Positions 1 to 25,097 of a stretch of 64,000 nt of DNA are shown one piece after another. The translations under genes and the position numbers were made by a program. How positions within the stretch are numbered: the first letter of the stretch is position 1; each line of letters begins with the position of its first letter. Source of the DNA: Gracilinanus agilis (lineage: Eukaryota); NCBI RefSeq assembly GCF_016433145.1, contig NC_058134.1:310151774-310215773 (forward strand), given 5' to 3'. The notes under the pieces are model-generated. The model saw only the letters and a program-made list of their open reading frames with translations, searched no databases and was not told the origin of the DNA.

Positions 1-441
1 TTTGGCTACTTTTTTCAAGTAGGTCAGTTTTGTTTCTTTGGAAAATTCTTTACTTCTCTTCATTAGATTTTTGGGCCTCTTTTTCCATTTGACCATTTTT
101 GCTTTTTAAACTATTTTCTTCTTGCATTACTTTCATTTTTTCCCCATTTTTCTTCAACCTGTTTTATTTGATTTTTGAATTCCTTTTTGAGTTCTTCTAG
201 TGCCTGAGACCAATTGCCATTTTTCTTTGAAGTTGCTTGGATCTCATTACCCATTACTGACTCTGTGCCTTGTTCTTTGTCACCATAGAAATTTTCTTGG
301 GGTATGTGTTTCTTTTGCTGTTTGCTAATTTTCCTAGTTTTTTTTTTTTGTTGTTGTTGTTGTTGTTGTTGTTTGTTTTATTTTTGCCTGTGGATTGGGA
401 ATTCTGAAAACTACTGATTCTGTCTCCTCTGCTGATGGCTT

Positions 442-984
442 TATTAAGATGAAAAATAATAAAGGCTGATATAATAATAGAAATTAGTATTTTAATTAAA
501 GCCATGCTGATAGATAAAGTCATTAGACCACGCACTTGTAAGAATTCAAAACTGCTGGGGGCAGCTGGGTAGCTCAGTGGATTGAGAGCCAGGCCTAGAG
601 ACAGGAGGTCCTAGGTACAAATCCGGCCTCAGACACTTCCCAGCTGTGTGACCCTGGGTAAGTCACTTGACCCCCATTGCCTACCCTTACCACTCTTCCA
701 CCTATAAGTCAATACACAGAAGTTAAGGGTTTAAAATTAAAAAAAAAAAAAAAAAGAATTCAAAACTGCCGCCCAGTCATTATTGTTACCTCCCGTCTCT
801 TCCTGAGCCTGCTAGCCAAGAGGAAGTTCAAAGTCACTACAGGAGTTTATATACCTTCTCTTAAATGATCCCACTTCCTGTCTACCGTGAGGAATCATGG
901 GAAATGTAGTTTCAAAGTCTCCCACATGTCCATAGTAAATATATATATACTTTTAGATGGCATTTCCCAAATTTCACTTTTACA
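442..984 (-). mobile_element. Solo LTR (ERV1-like), split by a SINE
   Basis: Begins TGTAAAAG at 984 and has an internal TATATAAA. It ends ...TTAATA (CA mutated). 4-bp TSD GCTT at 438-441 and 985-988. Confidence 0.7.
557..753 (+). mobile_element. Young opossum-type tRNA/core SINE (SINE1_Mdo-like)
   Basis: GGGGCAGCTGGGTAGCTCAGTGG head and A-tail. 16-bp TSD AAGAATTCAAAACTGC at 540-555 and 754-769. Nearly identical to the copy at 28029. Confidence 0.95.
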
Positions 985-1029
985 GCTTGTAGGATCAGCA
1001 CTCTGAGCTATTTTGCCCTGGATCTAAGG

Positions 1030-1204
1030 CAGGGGTTCCCAAACTTTTTTGGCCTACTGCCCCCTTTCCAGAAAAATATTACTTAGCACTCCTGGAAATT
1101 ACTTTTTTTTTTTAATTTTAATAACAATTAATAGGAAAGATAAAGGCACCTGTGGCCATCACCAACTCCCTGGATCACTGTGGCGCCCACTTTGGGAATC
1201 ACTG
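1030..1204. mobile_element. hAT MITE, family A
   Basis: TIRs CAGGGGTTCCCAAA / TTTGGGAATCACTG; 8-bp TSD ATCTAAGG/CTCTAAGG. Confidence 0.92.
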
Positions 1205-1424
1205 CTCTAAGGGCTTCAGCAGAGTGCAGGCTTGAAAGGGCCAAACCCTCTGGAGCTTCACCGTGGGCTGGTGGCAGAGCCTGGGACTTCAAGGGGTGAG
1301 TCTGGGGTCTGGCGCTCAGTTGTTGTAGGCAGGGTCCTGGTGGGGATAGGCAACCAGCATGTCCCTGTGCGTAGTTTTGCTTCCGGTTTCCCCTTATCCT
1401 GTGAAAATCAACTCTCTCTGCCTA

Positions 1425-1592
1425 ACTTTCTTTTCTTCTTTTTTTACTTTCTAAACGTTTTCCCATGTTTACACGATCCATTTTCTCTCCCTCCCGTCTT
1501 CCCTCCCCCTCCCAGAGCCAACAAGCAGTTCCACTGGGTGGTACAAATGTTGTCACTTGATACCTATTTCCAGTCTTCATTTTTGCCATAGG
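1425..1592 (-). mobile_element. Short 5'-truncated L1 3' end
   Basis: Similar to the 3' UTR of the other L1s here (CCCAGTGGAA...GGGGAGGG...ATGGATCGTGTAAACATGG...A-tail). Confidence 0.7.
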
Positions 1593-2159
1593 TTGTGTTC
1601 AGTGGGAGAGGCCCCCTGCTCTGTCTCTTTGTTGGTTTTTGACTCTTGTCATTTGGAGGTGCTTTTCGAGGATTGGTTTGGAAGGATTATCAGAGCTGTT
1701 TCAGCTTTCACGATTACTAAGCTGCCATCTTGGCTCTGGCCCTCCTCAAAATGTATCTCTTTTCAAGCAACTTTACTTAGAGGAAGAGAAAATCCAAAGG
1801 GACAGAAATCCACGACGCTTTTGGAAACCTTTCTCCCCTCGGCATTTTTGAGTTCTGATTTATAGGCTTACAGGCCGAAGAGAAGCAGAACAATCGAGGT
1901 CAGACAGGATAAAGTCTCAACACCGTTTTTTTGGATCATCAGACAAACTATTGCTTATTTAATTTTGGCACACCCCGAAGGGAGACTTTCCAAAGGCCAT
2001 TCTGTCCCTCTTGAGCCTTCTTCCCACCTGGTCAAAAGTGAACCCAAGGGAAACTGGGCCATTTCCTTCATCCGCTTTCTTCTTCTCTCAGACAGCGAGA
2101 CAAGTGCCTTGTTGGGCTGATCAAGCCTGCCCCTTTTTAGATCCTGGGCCTAGTGAAAC

Positions 2160-3236
2160 CTATGGACCCCTTCTCTGAAGAATATCTTTAGAAATGGCAG
2201 ATTCCGGAAGATTCTCCTGAAATGCAGTTCTCCGGATCTTGCCAGGCTCCGCTTTAGAAACCGAGTCAGCCTTCCGTAAGCGTGACATAGAACAACCTGG
2301 ACGTTGTTTGGAATTGAGAGTTGGGGCTTGCGAAGGACATCCCAGGAAAGGGCAGTCTTCAGAGTAATTTGTCATCTGTAGCTTAAAGAGGGAACAGGGG
2401 AAGGTGTGTGTGGGAGGGACTCCGCCAGTTCAGCCCCAGTCTTGGGAAGGGCTTTGCTATGGATCTCGTCCAGGAAGCTCCGTAGGGTCTCAGGACATTG
2501 GCTCACGGCTCCAAAGAGGAGTGTGGGAAGAGTCTCTGTAGCTACTAGAAAACCCTCTTTAGTTTGCTACTTTCGAGGCTGATTGAGGAAATGCTGCCCT
2601 TTGGAATGATGGGGCTTTGGGCCCCTGGTCACCCCAGCCTTTGGAGAAGCTCCCACACGAGACTCACCTCCAGTGTTTGGAAGATTTCCCCAGAGTGAAA
2701 CTCAAGGGAGCAACGAGCTAAAGAGAGTGTCGCCGGCCGGCAGCGGGCAGCTTCCAGGGGGACGGCCATGGAGCTGAGCTCAGATACTAAATGGGGAGGG
2801 TTTAGCTGCCAGGTGGAGGGAAGGGCCTGGCAGCTTGCAAGGGCACAGGGCGAGGCCCAGACAGGTGAGAGGGCAAGTGGGAGGACGTGGAGGGCTTAGC
2901 CTTCCGGTTGGACATGGCCCCCCTCCCCCTAATGACTTTGCCTCCCACTAGGCCAGAGCAATGGAGAACATCCACAACTCCCAGAAGCCCTCACGCAGGC
3001 TAGATTCCACTCAATCCACACTGCAGCTCTTCCGGTAGACAAGGCATTTTCCCAGGAGGTCGGGCCTTGCCTCGGGGGCTTTTCTTCAGAAATCCCAAAG
3101 CCTTGGGGCCCTCTCGGGCCCAGAACCGGGCTCTGAATGAAGCAGGCCCTGAGGAAATGTTTGTGGAATGACTGAATGGGGGAATGAATGAACCAGATGC
3201 TGGAGGAGCCGCCTTCTCCCCCACCTGTAGCAGCAT
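2160..3236 (-). CDS. Candidate unannotated 3-exon ORF, 121 aa (3236-3225, 2805-2668, 2375-2160)
   Basis: Phase-0 GT-AG junctions join without stops; X-box upstream; ATTAAA at 1963-1958. No homolog recognised. Confidence 0.35.
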
Positions 3237-3242
3237 CCCTCT

Positions 3243-3256
3243 GTTACCATAGCAAC
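3243..3256. promoter_or_regulatory. RFX X-box
   Basis: GTTACCATAGCAAC fits the X-box consensus GTTNCCATRGNAAC. Confidence 0.6.
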
Positions 3257-6200
3257 AGAATAACAAGCCGCGGGCTGCTCCTGGACCTGGACTGGGATGA
3301 CTGATGGAGGCTTCTAATGGAGGATCTTTGCCAGGCTCGCGGTGTCTGCGGTGTCCGCTGCGGGGGCTCTGCTGGGGCCGAGGGGCTTGCGGGAGGCTCC
3401 CAGTCCCCAGAGCCTCCCTTTGCAAGCGAAAACAAGCTTGTTTGTGAGGGAGGCCGTGAGTCACCCAGGCAGAGTAAACAATGAGTGAGGGAGAACGTGG
3501 GGGCGGCCAGCTAGAGCCGGGAGAGCTACCAGCAGCCCCCTCCCCCACGCTGGGCTGCCATCTTGGCCCAGGATGATGCCACCCCCAGGGCACCTCGGCC
3601 CCGGGGAGCCCCTCCACACAGCCCCCCCCCAGTACAATGAAAGCCGGGAGGGAGCCTAGAACAGGGTGCCAGGACTGGGAGGGGGCTCAGAGCTGGGAAG
3701 GCCGTCGGAGCTGAGGGCCTTTGGAGACTAGGAGGAACCTGGAACCTGGAGCACTGGATGTGAGATGGGGCGAGCAGCCACTTGGAGATATTCCCCAGAT
3801 GGTCAGATAATGAAGAAATCAGAATACACATACATGCATATCTATATCATTCCTGTGGGTTGCTTCCTGGAGGAGGCGGCCAGGAGAGGGCCCGTCACCT
3901 GAGGATCTCTTGAAGGGGGGCAAGAAAAGAGGGGAGGGAGGTGTGATTCGTTTTGCTTGGCCCTGGCCGGGGACAGAGCGCTGGGCAGGGACATTGCAGA
4001 GGCTGGTTCTGAGACTTCCTAGCTAGGAAGGCCTCAGGTCATGAAGGGGCCGTGTGGAAGCCCCTGAGCGTTTCTTAGATAAGCCTCAGTTTCCTCATCT
4101 GTACAGTGGGTATAATAACAGAAAGGACAATACGGAAACTGCTCCAATCGAGGAGAGGCAAGTCATTCTTCTTAACGGCAGGAGCTGGCGCTGGCTGCCC
4201 GGAGGAGTGGGCAGCCCATCTGGCCAGTCTCCGTGGAGAGCCCACAGATCCCAGGGATCCCCCAAGCCCTGGGCTGCACAAGGCGCCCCTTTCCAGCTTC
4301 TGGGAGTTGATGACATTCGTGAAGCATTGGACTATTCCAAAAAAGCAGCCGGCTCTATCAAAAAGAACTTGGGGTTCACATCCCAAACCCCGGCCATCTA
4401 GCACGAATCACTTTCCTCATCTGTAAAATGGGCCTAATGGGGTTTGCGCCTCACACCGGCCCCCCAGGCCGTGGGACTCCAGGGAAGGCTGCCCAGTGCT
4501 CTGCGTACTCTAAGGCTCCGATGGACCTTTCATGCCATCTGGATATGGGTGGGCAGACCCAAACCGATGTAGGCTGCCACTCGGGCAGCCCTGGGACGTC
4601 ATGTGGACGGCCCTGGGATTCCCCCAGCTGCGGGTGCCTCGGCTGGAGCTCTGGGCCTGGAGTGAGGAGGATCTGAGTTCAAATGTGACCTCAGACACTT
4701 ACTCGTGTGTCACTGGGGAAGTCACTTCACTTCTGCTTGCTTCTAGCCCGGGGGGGCCAGCTCTGGCCATTGTGCTCCGTTTTGTAGTCTTGTCTAGATT
4801 TAGGCCCGTGTCTCCCCAATGAATGGCCGGGAGCTCCCCGGGAGGAAGGGGCGGCTCGTCCTCGGCCGTGTAGTCCAGCATCCTGACATTTGTGGATTCT
4901 CCATTTCTCAGTATGCATCCCCTGACCGGTCAGCCTCCGTTTCCAAATCTGTCAGATGGTCATCAGCATCAGGATGAGGATGAACCCAAATCGTGCTCAT
5001 ACAGTGCTTTGCAAGCGTGGAGCGCCGGAGGAAGAGCGGTGGGACCGTCGTCATCCCTGCAGCCCCAGCGAGGCCTGGCCGGTGCTGGGCGGTGACTGTA
5101 GGATCTTGGGAGAGTTGCCAGATGACTTCTCCAGGGCCACCCCAGCAGGGTGGCCAGAGGTGGGACGTCCTGCCCTCCAGGCGGCCTCTCTGCCCACATC
5201 CTGCTGGGAAGTGGCCGGAGCTGCTTCCTCGGGGGCTCTTGGCAGGCCCTCGGCCACACCTGTGTGCCAGTCTCTGGGTTTCCTGCCTGGGATCTCGAGA
5301 ACCCTCCCGCCGTGTGGCCACACCTCCTGGCAGGCTCCTCAGTTCCCCCCAATCGGCAGAGCCTGGGACTAGAGTCCAAGCTACCCTCTGGGGTGCCTGC
5401 TGCCCCGCTCCACCCCCTCCGCTCTCCTGAGCGGCAGAGGAAGCGCCCTGCCCCCGCGCTGGCCAGTGAAGGTGGCCCACTCGGAAGGGCTCTGAGCAGG
5501 GAAGTGGGCTTGCAGCTGCCAGCCGGGTACGCTTCGCCCCGCTTGGAGAGCTCTGGGGAGGGGGGGCTTCTTCTGCTCCTCGTCCCCTAACACATCGGCC
5601 TCCTCTGCTGCTCTCGGCTTTGGGGTCCCCAGCTATGATCGTGCCTCCCTGAGAGGCTGGCTTTGCCCAGGACCCTCCGTTTTTCTCTCTGGGTCCTTCG
5701 ACTCTCAAATTGAGGCCCAACAACTTCCCCGCTGTCTGGGGAAGCCTCGATTGCAGGATCTCGTTCCCTTGACATCTCGCTCTCACCTCCCCGTGCAGGG
5801 GGCCGCCAGTTCCTGCAGACTCCTGGGAATGAGGAGCTGCCCTGAGCGATGGACCAGCCCGAGGCCGGTTCCTGTACTATCTCCGTCTGTCCGAGCTCTC
5901 CATCTCGAGCTCCGGCATCCCCTTCTCCGCTCGTCTTCAGTCTTTCCCCGACCTCCCAAACTCAGCCCGTTCGGCTTCCCCCCGTGTCCCCCTGGCATCC
6001 GGGGGGGCTTGTCAAGGCCGCCTCGAGGCCCTTCCCTCCGGAGCGCCCATCCCAGGATGGCTGGCTGGTGGGTCGCCTGCCTCTAGGCTCTCCCTCCCGA
6101 AGTCCGTCCCCAATAAGTGGGAAGGAAGCCGCCCCGGGCCCGCGGCACTTTGTAAAGCTCAGATGTGAGCAAGGCACCCCCCTCCTCACTAAACTCCAGG

Positions 6201-6398
6201 GACTCCCTAGTGCTTCCAGGACCAAATACAAACCGCTGCTTGGCATTCAAGGCCCTTCGTAGCCTAGCCCCACGGTCTCCTAGACGTGCTGTGGACCAAG
6301 AGGCCCTCCTGGCCTGGCTCTGGGCCTTTTCTCCGGCCGCCACCCATGGCTGGGAAGCTCCCCCTTCTCCCTTCTCTCAGGAAACCTTTCTTAACTCT

Positions 6399-6611
6399 TT
6401 TTTTTAAAGCAAAACTCCAAACCCAAACCCTTACTTTCCACCTTAGAATCCATACCAAGTTCCAAGGCAGAAGAGAAATAAAGGCTAGGTAACGGGGGTG
6501 AAGTGACTTGCCCAGAGTCACACAGCCAGGGAGCATGGGAGGTGATGTTTGAACCCAGGACCTCCTGTCTCTAGACCTGGCTCTCTAGCCATTGAACCGT
6601 CCGGCTGCCCC
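6399..6611 (-). mobile_element. Marsupial core SINE (MAR1/SINE_Mdo-like)
   Basis: Reverse complement of the head and the AAGTGACTTGCCCAG.GTCACACAGC core. Confidence 0.9.
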
Positions 6612-6849
6612 CTAAGCCTTCCTCGTCCGTGTCCTCCCCACTTCTCCTGTGCAGAGCGCGTCTGCTCCCTCGTTCTTGCCCCTCCGAGGTGGGGGGCGCC
6701 TTGAGGCCCTTCTGTGTCTCCTTGGCCGGGCGCCTGGCACAGAGGAGGCACCAAGGATGGCCGGGAGGTGTGCCACCTCTCCGAGGCTTCGCCCACTCAC
6801 CTGGGTCCAACAATTCTGTCCTTGGGCTGCGTGAATAAGAACAAGGGAC

Positions 6850-7060
6850 GGAGCCACTGGCTCAGTGGAGAGAGCTAGATTTAAGTCAGAAAGACCCGAG
6901 TTCAAATCTGCCCTCAGATACTTGGCCGCTGGGTGACCCGTGTGAGGCAAGTCTCTTCACCTCATTTGCCTCAGTTTCCTCATCTTTGCTTAAAAAACCC
7001 CAAACAGGGTCATCAAGAGTTGGATGTAACTTGAGACAACTGAACAAGTGAGGAGGGAGC
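6850..7060 (+). mobile_element. Older core SINE (MIR/MAR1-like)
   Basis: GCTCAGTGGA head, GAGTTCAAATC B-box, GCCTCAGTTTCCTCATCT core. Confidence 0.75.
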
Positions 7061-7728
7061 CTCCCCCCCCCCCCAGCCTGCTCCTGACTCGTGTTCAAGC
7101 CTGAACTCCAAAATGGGGGCAACCCGAAATGGATTTGGGCCAACAACTCACACCACTGAATCCACGTGAAACTGGCTGTCACGGACACCCATGGAAAGTT
7201 GCAGCAGATGTTTGGGTGCGGGGGGAGAGGGCCCCCAGACTGCACACCCGCGTGCTCCTACTCCCTGCCGTTAAACGGACCTTGGGGGGGGGGTCTCGGT
7301 CAGCCTCGTGGAATAAAGGGCAACTTATGACATCCCCAAGAGCACATAAAAAAGAACGGGACAGCCACGGAATCGGGAGGACCCGGATTCAAATCTAGCC
7401 TCAGATACGTCCTAGCTGTGTGACCCTGGGCAAGTCACCTCAGAGCTGTTCCTAAGAAAGCAAGAGTTAAAAATCATGTGAAAAGAGAACGGGCACGGGC
7501 GAGGAACCGGCCAGGAAAGGTCCAGAAACCAGGGCAGGCCCGAGTTGGTCCCGTGGGGCATCCATCTGCAAGCCTGCTCTGCCCGTCTTGGGCACGAACT
7601 CCAGGACTCTGTTCATGTTCCCTCCCACCCAACACCCTCAGACCCTCTTTTCGATGGCACTCTGGGCGGGGAGGGGAAGAGCCTCTGGGGACAGGCGAGA
7701 GACGGCCGATGCTAGGATCCAACAAGGC

Positions 7729-7734
7729 TTTATT
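7729..7734 (-). terminator. RBX1: RBX1 polyadenylation signal AATAAA
   Basis: AATAAA about 190 nt after the stop, in context GTATTCTGTGTGAAATAAAG. Confidence 0.85.
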
Positions 7735-7921
7735 TCACACAGAATACACTCCGGCGGCATTAAGACCAAATTCAAAAGAAGCTACAGCCGAGACTGAGGA
7801 CTGCCATGAACTCATGGAAAATGAAGCAACGACGGGACGGCAACTCATGGGAAACGAGGCAACCAGACAGCAAGCCATGGAGGAGGGAACCAAAGTGGAG
7901 ATTCGGAGGAAGGGGCTTTTT

Positions 7922-21520
<13,599 letters not shown>

Positions 21521-22909
21521 TGGTCCGAGGACTCTTGCAGACACATACCCACGCACGTGCACACGTCAAGCACTTCCAGCTACGCAGTGCAACCCCACCC
21601 CACTTTGGCTATCTCTGGATCCCCAGGGAGCGGCCCCCAGTTCTCCACCAGACCTTCATTCCTCTTCTCGGGGCCCGAACCTCCAGTGTCTCCGGACACT
21701 CCTCATTCTCTCCGCCCCTCGACATCCCCCCTGATCCTACGCGGACTTCCACCGCCCCCAGAATTCCCCACAAGACCCTCCTGCTCCATCTCTGGGTCCC
21801 TAAAGCTTCACAGTGCTTACCATCCTCCAAGATCCTATCTTCTTTCGGGGTCCCTGATGAGAGTTCTTACTACCACCCACAGAACTCTCCTGACTCCTCT
21901 CCAGTGACTCCCCCCCTTACCTCCACACTCTCACATCTCCGAGATCATTCCTCCACCCTGGTCCAACTATCCAGTCCCTTCTCTGACCCCCTACCCTCCC
22001 TCCAGCATTCTTCTTTGATACTCCAAGATCATACCTCCTTTCGGGGAGCACTCTACATTTCCCAGAGCTCTCCCCACCCTCAAGTGTCTTCTCAGGGTCC
22101 TTGAAACTCCTCGCAGTTTCCTGGGTCCCCCAACCGTCACAAAGCCCTCATATCTCTTGGGGGGTCCCACATCTCAACGGTTTCCCTTTTCCATCTTCCA
22201 CAGGAGCAGAGGCACTGTCGCCCCCTTCCCCACCCCACTAAGTTCCAGATACAAAAACCCATTGCTTGACAACTGGCCCTTCCTCTTCCTCTTGAGGTTT
22301 CCTAGGCTCTTTGGCTTAGAACTTGAGGCCATGGGCCCTGCGAGCTTGCCTGCTTCTGCTCCCCTCCCTTCCATACCTTCCTAGAGGTCTTCTAGCAAGG
22401 CTGTCCCGGAAGGGGCCCTTTGGAGAGCGGGCATCATGGTGCCCCATTAGCGGTTCCAAGGTCCTCACAGCCCAGAATCTGTTTCTTTGAAACTTGAGAC
22501 CCCATCTGACCCGCTGCCATGTCCCTGCCTTTCCAGAAGGAAAGGCAGCTAGCAAGATCTAATTCCAGATGCAGCCTTAACCTTTGGGCTTCATTCTCTC
22601 CACCACCCTGGAGTCACCTGCCAGACGACAGGACTGTGCTGTGCTCAAGTGGGCAGGTGCCCTGGGGAGGGGAGGCTGACCCAAGCCCAGAATTCTCCAG
22701 GCAGGCAGGTTGGGAAGGCTCATGGCCAAGGGAGAGCCAGTCCTAGTTTTTTTCTGGGAGGATGGAGTTTTAGTGTTAAGAAATGAGATCCTAGAACCTT
22801 CTCTCTCATGGTAAACAGCAGGTCTTTTCTAGCCTATTTTAAAAAAAACCCAGAGCAGGTAGCTAGCTATAGATGGTGGAAGGAGAGTCAGAGTACTTAC
22901 TATTTACCT

Positions 22910-23360
22910 TAGGGACAGTTAGGTGGCTCAGGATTGAGCCAGGCCTGGAGTCTGGGGAACCTGGGTTTAAATCTGGCTTTAGACACTTCCTAGCCGTGTG
23001 CCTTGAAACTGAGATTCTAGGACAGTGATGGTGAACCTTTTAGAGTTGGAGTGCCAGCCCCTCCCCCTCACCTAGTGCCCAGCACCATATCCCTTACCCT
23101 GCACAGGGGAGGGAGAAAGTGCTCCCATTAGGCTGCTGGGAAGAAGGGCTGGGGGTGTGAAAATATGTCATCAGGCAGGTGGAGAGGGAGAGGGGAGCAG
23201 CTCCACCCAAGCCCTCTGCCTTTCTAGCAATGAACTGGGGGTGGGTAGGAGGGTGGGGCAGCCACAAGCTCACAGAGTGCTCTGTGTGCCATCTTTGGCA
23301 GCTGTGCCATAGGTTTTCCATCACTGTTCTAGGACAAATGGTAAGGGTTAAAAAAAAAAA
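22910..23360 (+). mobile_element. Core SINE interrupted by a hAT MITE
   Basis: Head at ~22910; the tail resumes after 23326 (GGTAAGGGTTAAAA). Confidence 0.75.
23023..23326. mobile_element. hAT MITE, family B
   Basis: TIRs CAGTGATGGTGAACCT / AGGTTTTCCATCACTG; perfect 8-bp TSD TTCTAGGA. Confidence 0.95.
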
Positions 23361-25097
23361 TGGTGCCAGGAGCTATGCTTAGAGCTGACTGTACAAAGAA
23401 GTCTGAATGAGAAAGTCTACTCTCTGTGCCCTCCCAAAATGCCATTAGAATGTAGATGGGGTTAGTTTGTTCTTGGGGGATATTTCAGGTTCTTGTAGCT
23501 CCTGACAGGTCTCCATGCCTTGTCATTCTTTGTTATCATTTCCCCAGAGCTTACTTAGCCCAGGGCTTTGCACAGTGTGTTTAATTAATCCTCCCTTCCT
23601 TCCTTCATTTATCCTTTCTCTCCCTGCTCCCTGAAAGCCAGATTAACGAGCTAACCTAGAATCATGACATTTCTCAGATTTCTGGTGTGCAATTGGTCAA
23701 TTTGCCTTTCCCATCCCAGCCATTCCTAAATGTTTTTCAGGTTCTACCTTGACCATACTCTTCAACTCCAGTAAGCTTGAACCCTGATGCGAGCTCCTGA
23801 GACCCAGCCTTAGAGAACTTCTCTAGACTAACCTCCTCATTCCCCAGGGAGGTGAGGAACAGGGGTTTGAACCCGGGTCCTCAGTGGCACAAGATTCATT
23901 GGGGTCACTTGGCAGTGAGTGGCCTTCATAGATTGAAATTTGCTTTCTAGAAAATGGGACTGCAGTGGACTGTGACCAAGAGGGTGGAGACCAACTGAAT
24001 GCCTTCTACTACTATAAGAAACTACTGTTCCTTGCTTGCTCTGAGGCAGTGCCCTGGTGCGAGAATGTGAGAAAAACAAAGCTGTCACCAGGTGAGCCCA
24101 GCCTTGCCCAGATCCTGAGCTTCTAATGATCATGTTGTACTGAGCCAACAAGCTTGTAGGGGCCCAATTTTGAAGGTAATTATTTCTTACCCAAGTGTGG
24201 GCTGAGAGTACAGCCAAAAAAGCTTATTCGGTCTTAGGAGAAACCAAGTCAAAGCCTGGCATGGGCTGAAGGCGAAGGTTACAGAAGGTGAAGGCGCCTA
24301 TTGTGTTCAGTAGGAGGGTAGGGTCAGGGTGGGACTGCCTTTTAGGATGGGACAAGAGGGTGCTCAGGTGGCCATTGAAGGGACTGGCCATGTTGAGTGT
24401 GGAGAGCTGCTGGAAGGCTGAATTAGGGAAGAGGGAGGAAGCTTTTTCTGCTTGGCCTCAGACTCGAGTTGTTAGATTGTGGCTCAGAACCAGGGAAGCT
24501 CTGGGATGACAGCATGGCCCAAGGAGAGGGGGCTGCTCTGGGAAGGAAAGCCTTCGTCCTCTCTGGAAGTCTTCAGACAAGAGGCTGGATGGCCATTTGC
24601 TGAATGTGGCCTTTGTAGAGGTGAGCAGATCCACTCCATCATGACGATTTCCTCTGGAGGAGGTGAAAGCAGGAGAGCCCTGGAATTTGCTATCATCAAG
24701 GGATGCTGAGATGGAAAGGTGCCTCAGAGGTCCTTTGGTCCAGTGCTCTCATTTCACAGAGCAACAGATAGGCCCAGCGGAAGTGAATTGTTTAAGGTCA
24801 CACAAGTCAGACTCGGAGATCCCAGCTCCTCATCTGAAGTCGAGGGATCTTTCCACTCACGCCTTCCCTCAGGAAAACACCGAACAGTCCACTGGTCTCC
24901 AGGTTTAAGTCTTGCTCTCTTTACATTGAAGAATGGAGGTTGGAGAGGGCCCCTGGATGGGTAGACAGGAAGTTTCTCTGGTTCCTTTTGGGCCTGACCT
25001 GTAACTACATCCGGGTAACTCCCACTATACAGCATTTTGCCTTGCGCGCTGAGAAGAGATGCCAAGGGTCACATAGTGAGTCAATGGGCAGAATTTG

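Larger units (their letters stand above)
1..1746 (-). mobile_element. Old L1 5' end (5' UTR plus degraded ORF1 start), interrupted by younger insertions
   Basis: L1-type start GGAGGGCCAGAGCCAAGATGGC at ~1745-1724. Minus strand of 1-330 reads SKQQKKHIPQENFYGDKEQ...NWSQALEELKK with stops and frameshifts. Confidence 0.8.

Noticed and set aside
677-868. [22 protein letters not shown]..., which recurs at 28148
   Set aside because: Translation of the SINE 3' half and A-tail; at 28148 it merely runs on into L1 ORF2
4940-5005. ARFGFILIL peptide reminiscent of filovirus NP ARFSGLLIV
   Set aside because: Three-residue match flanked by stops; not distinguishable from chance
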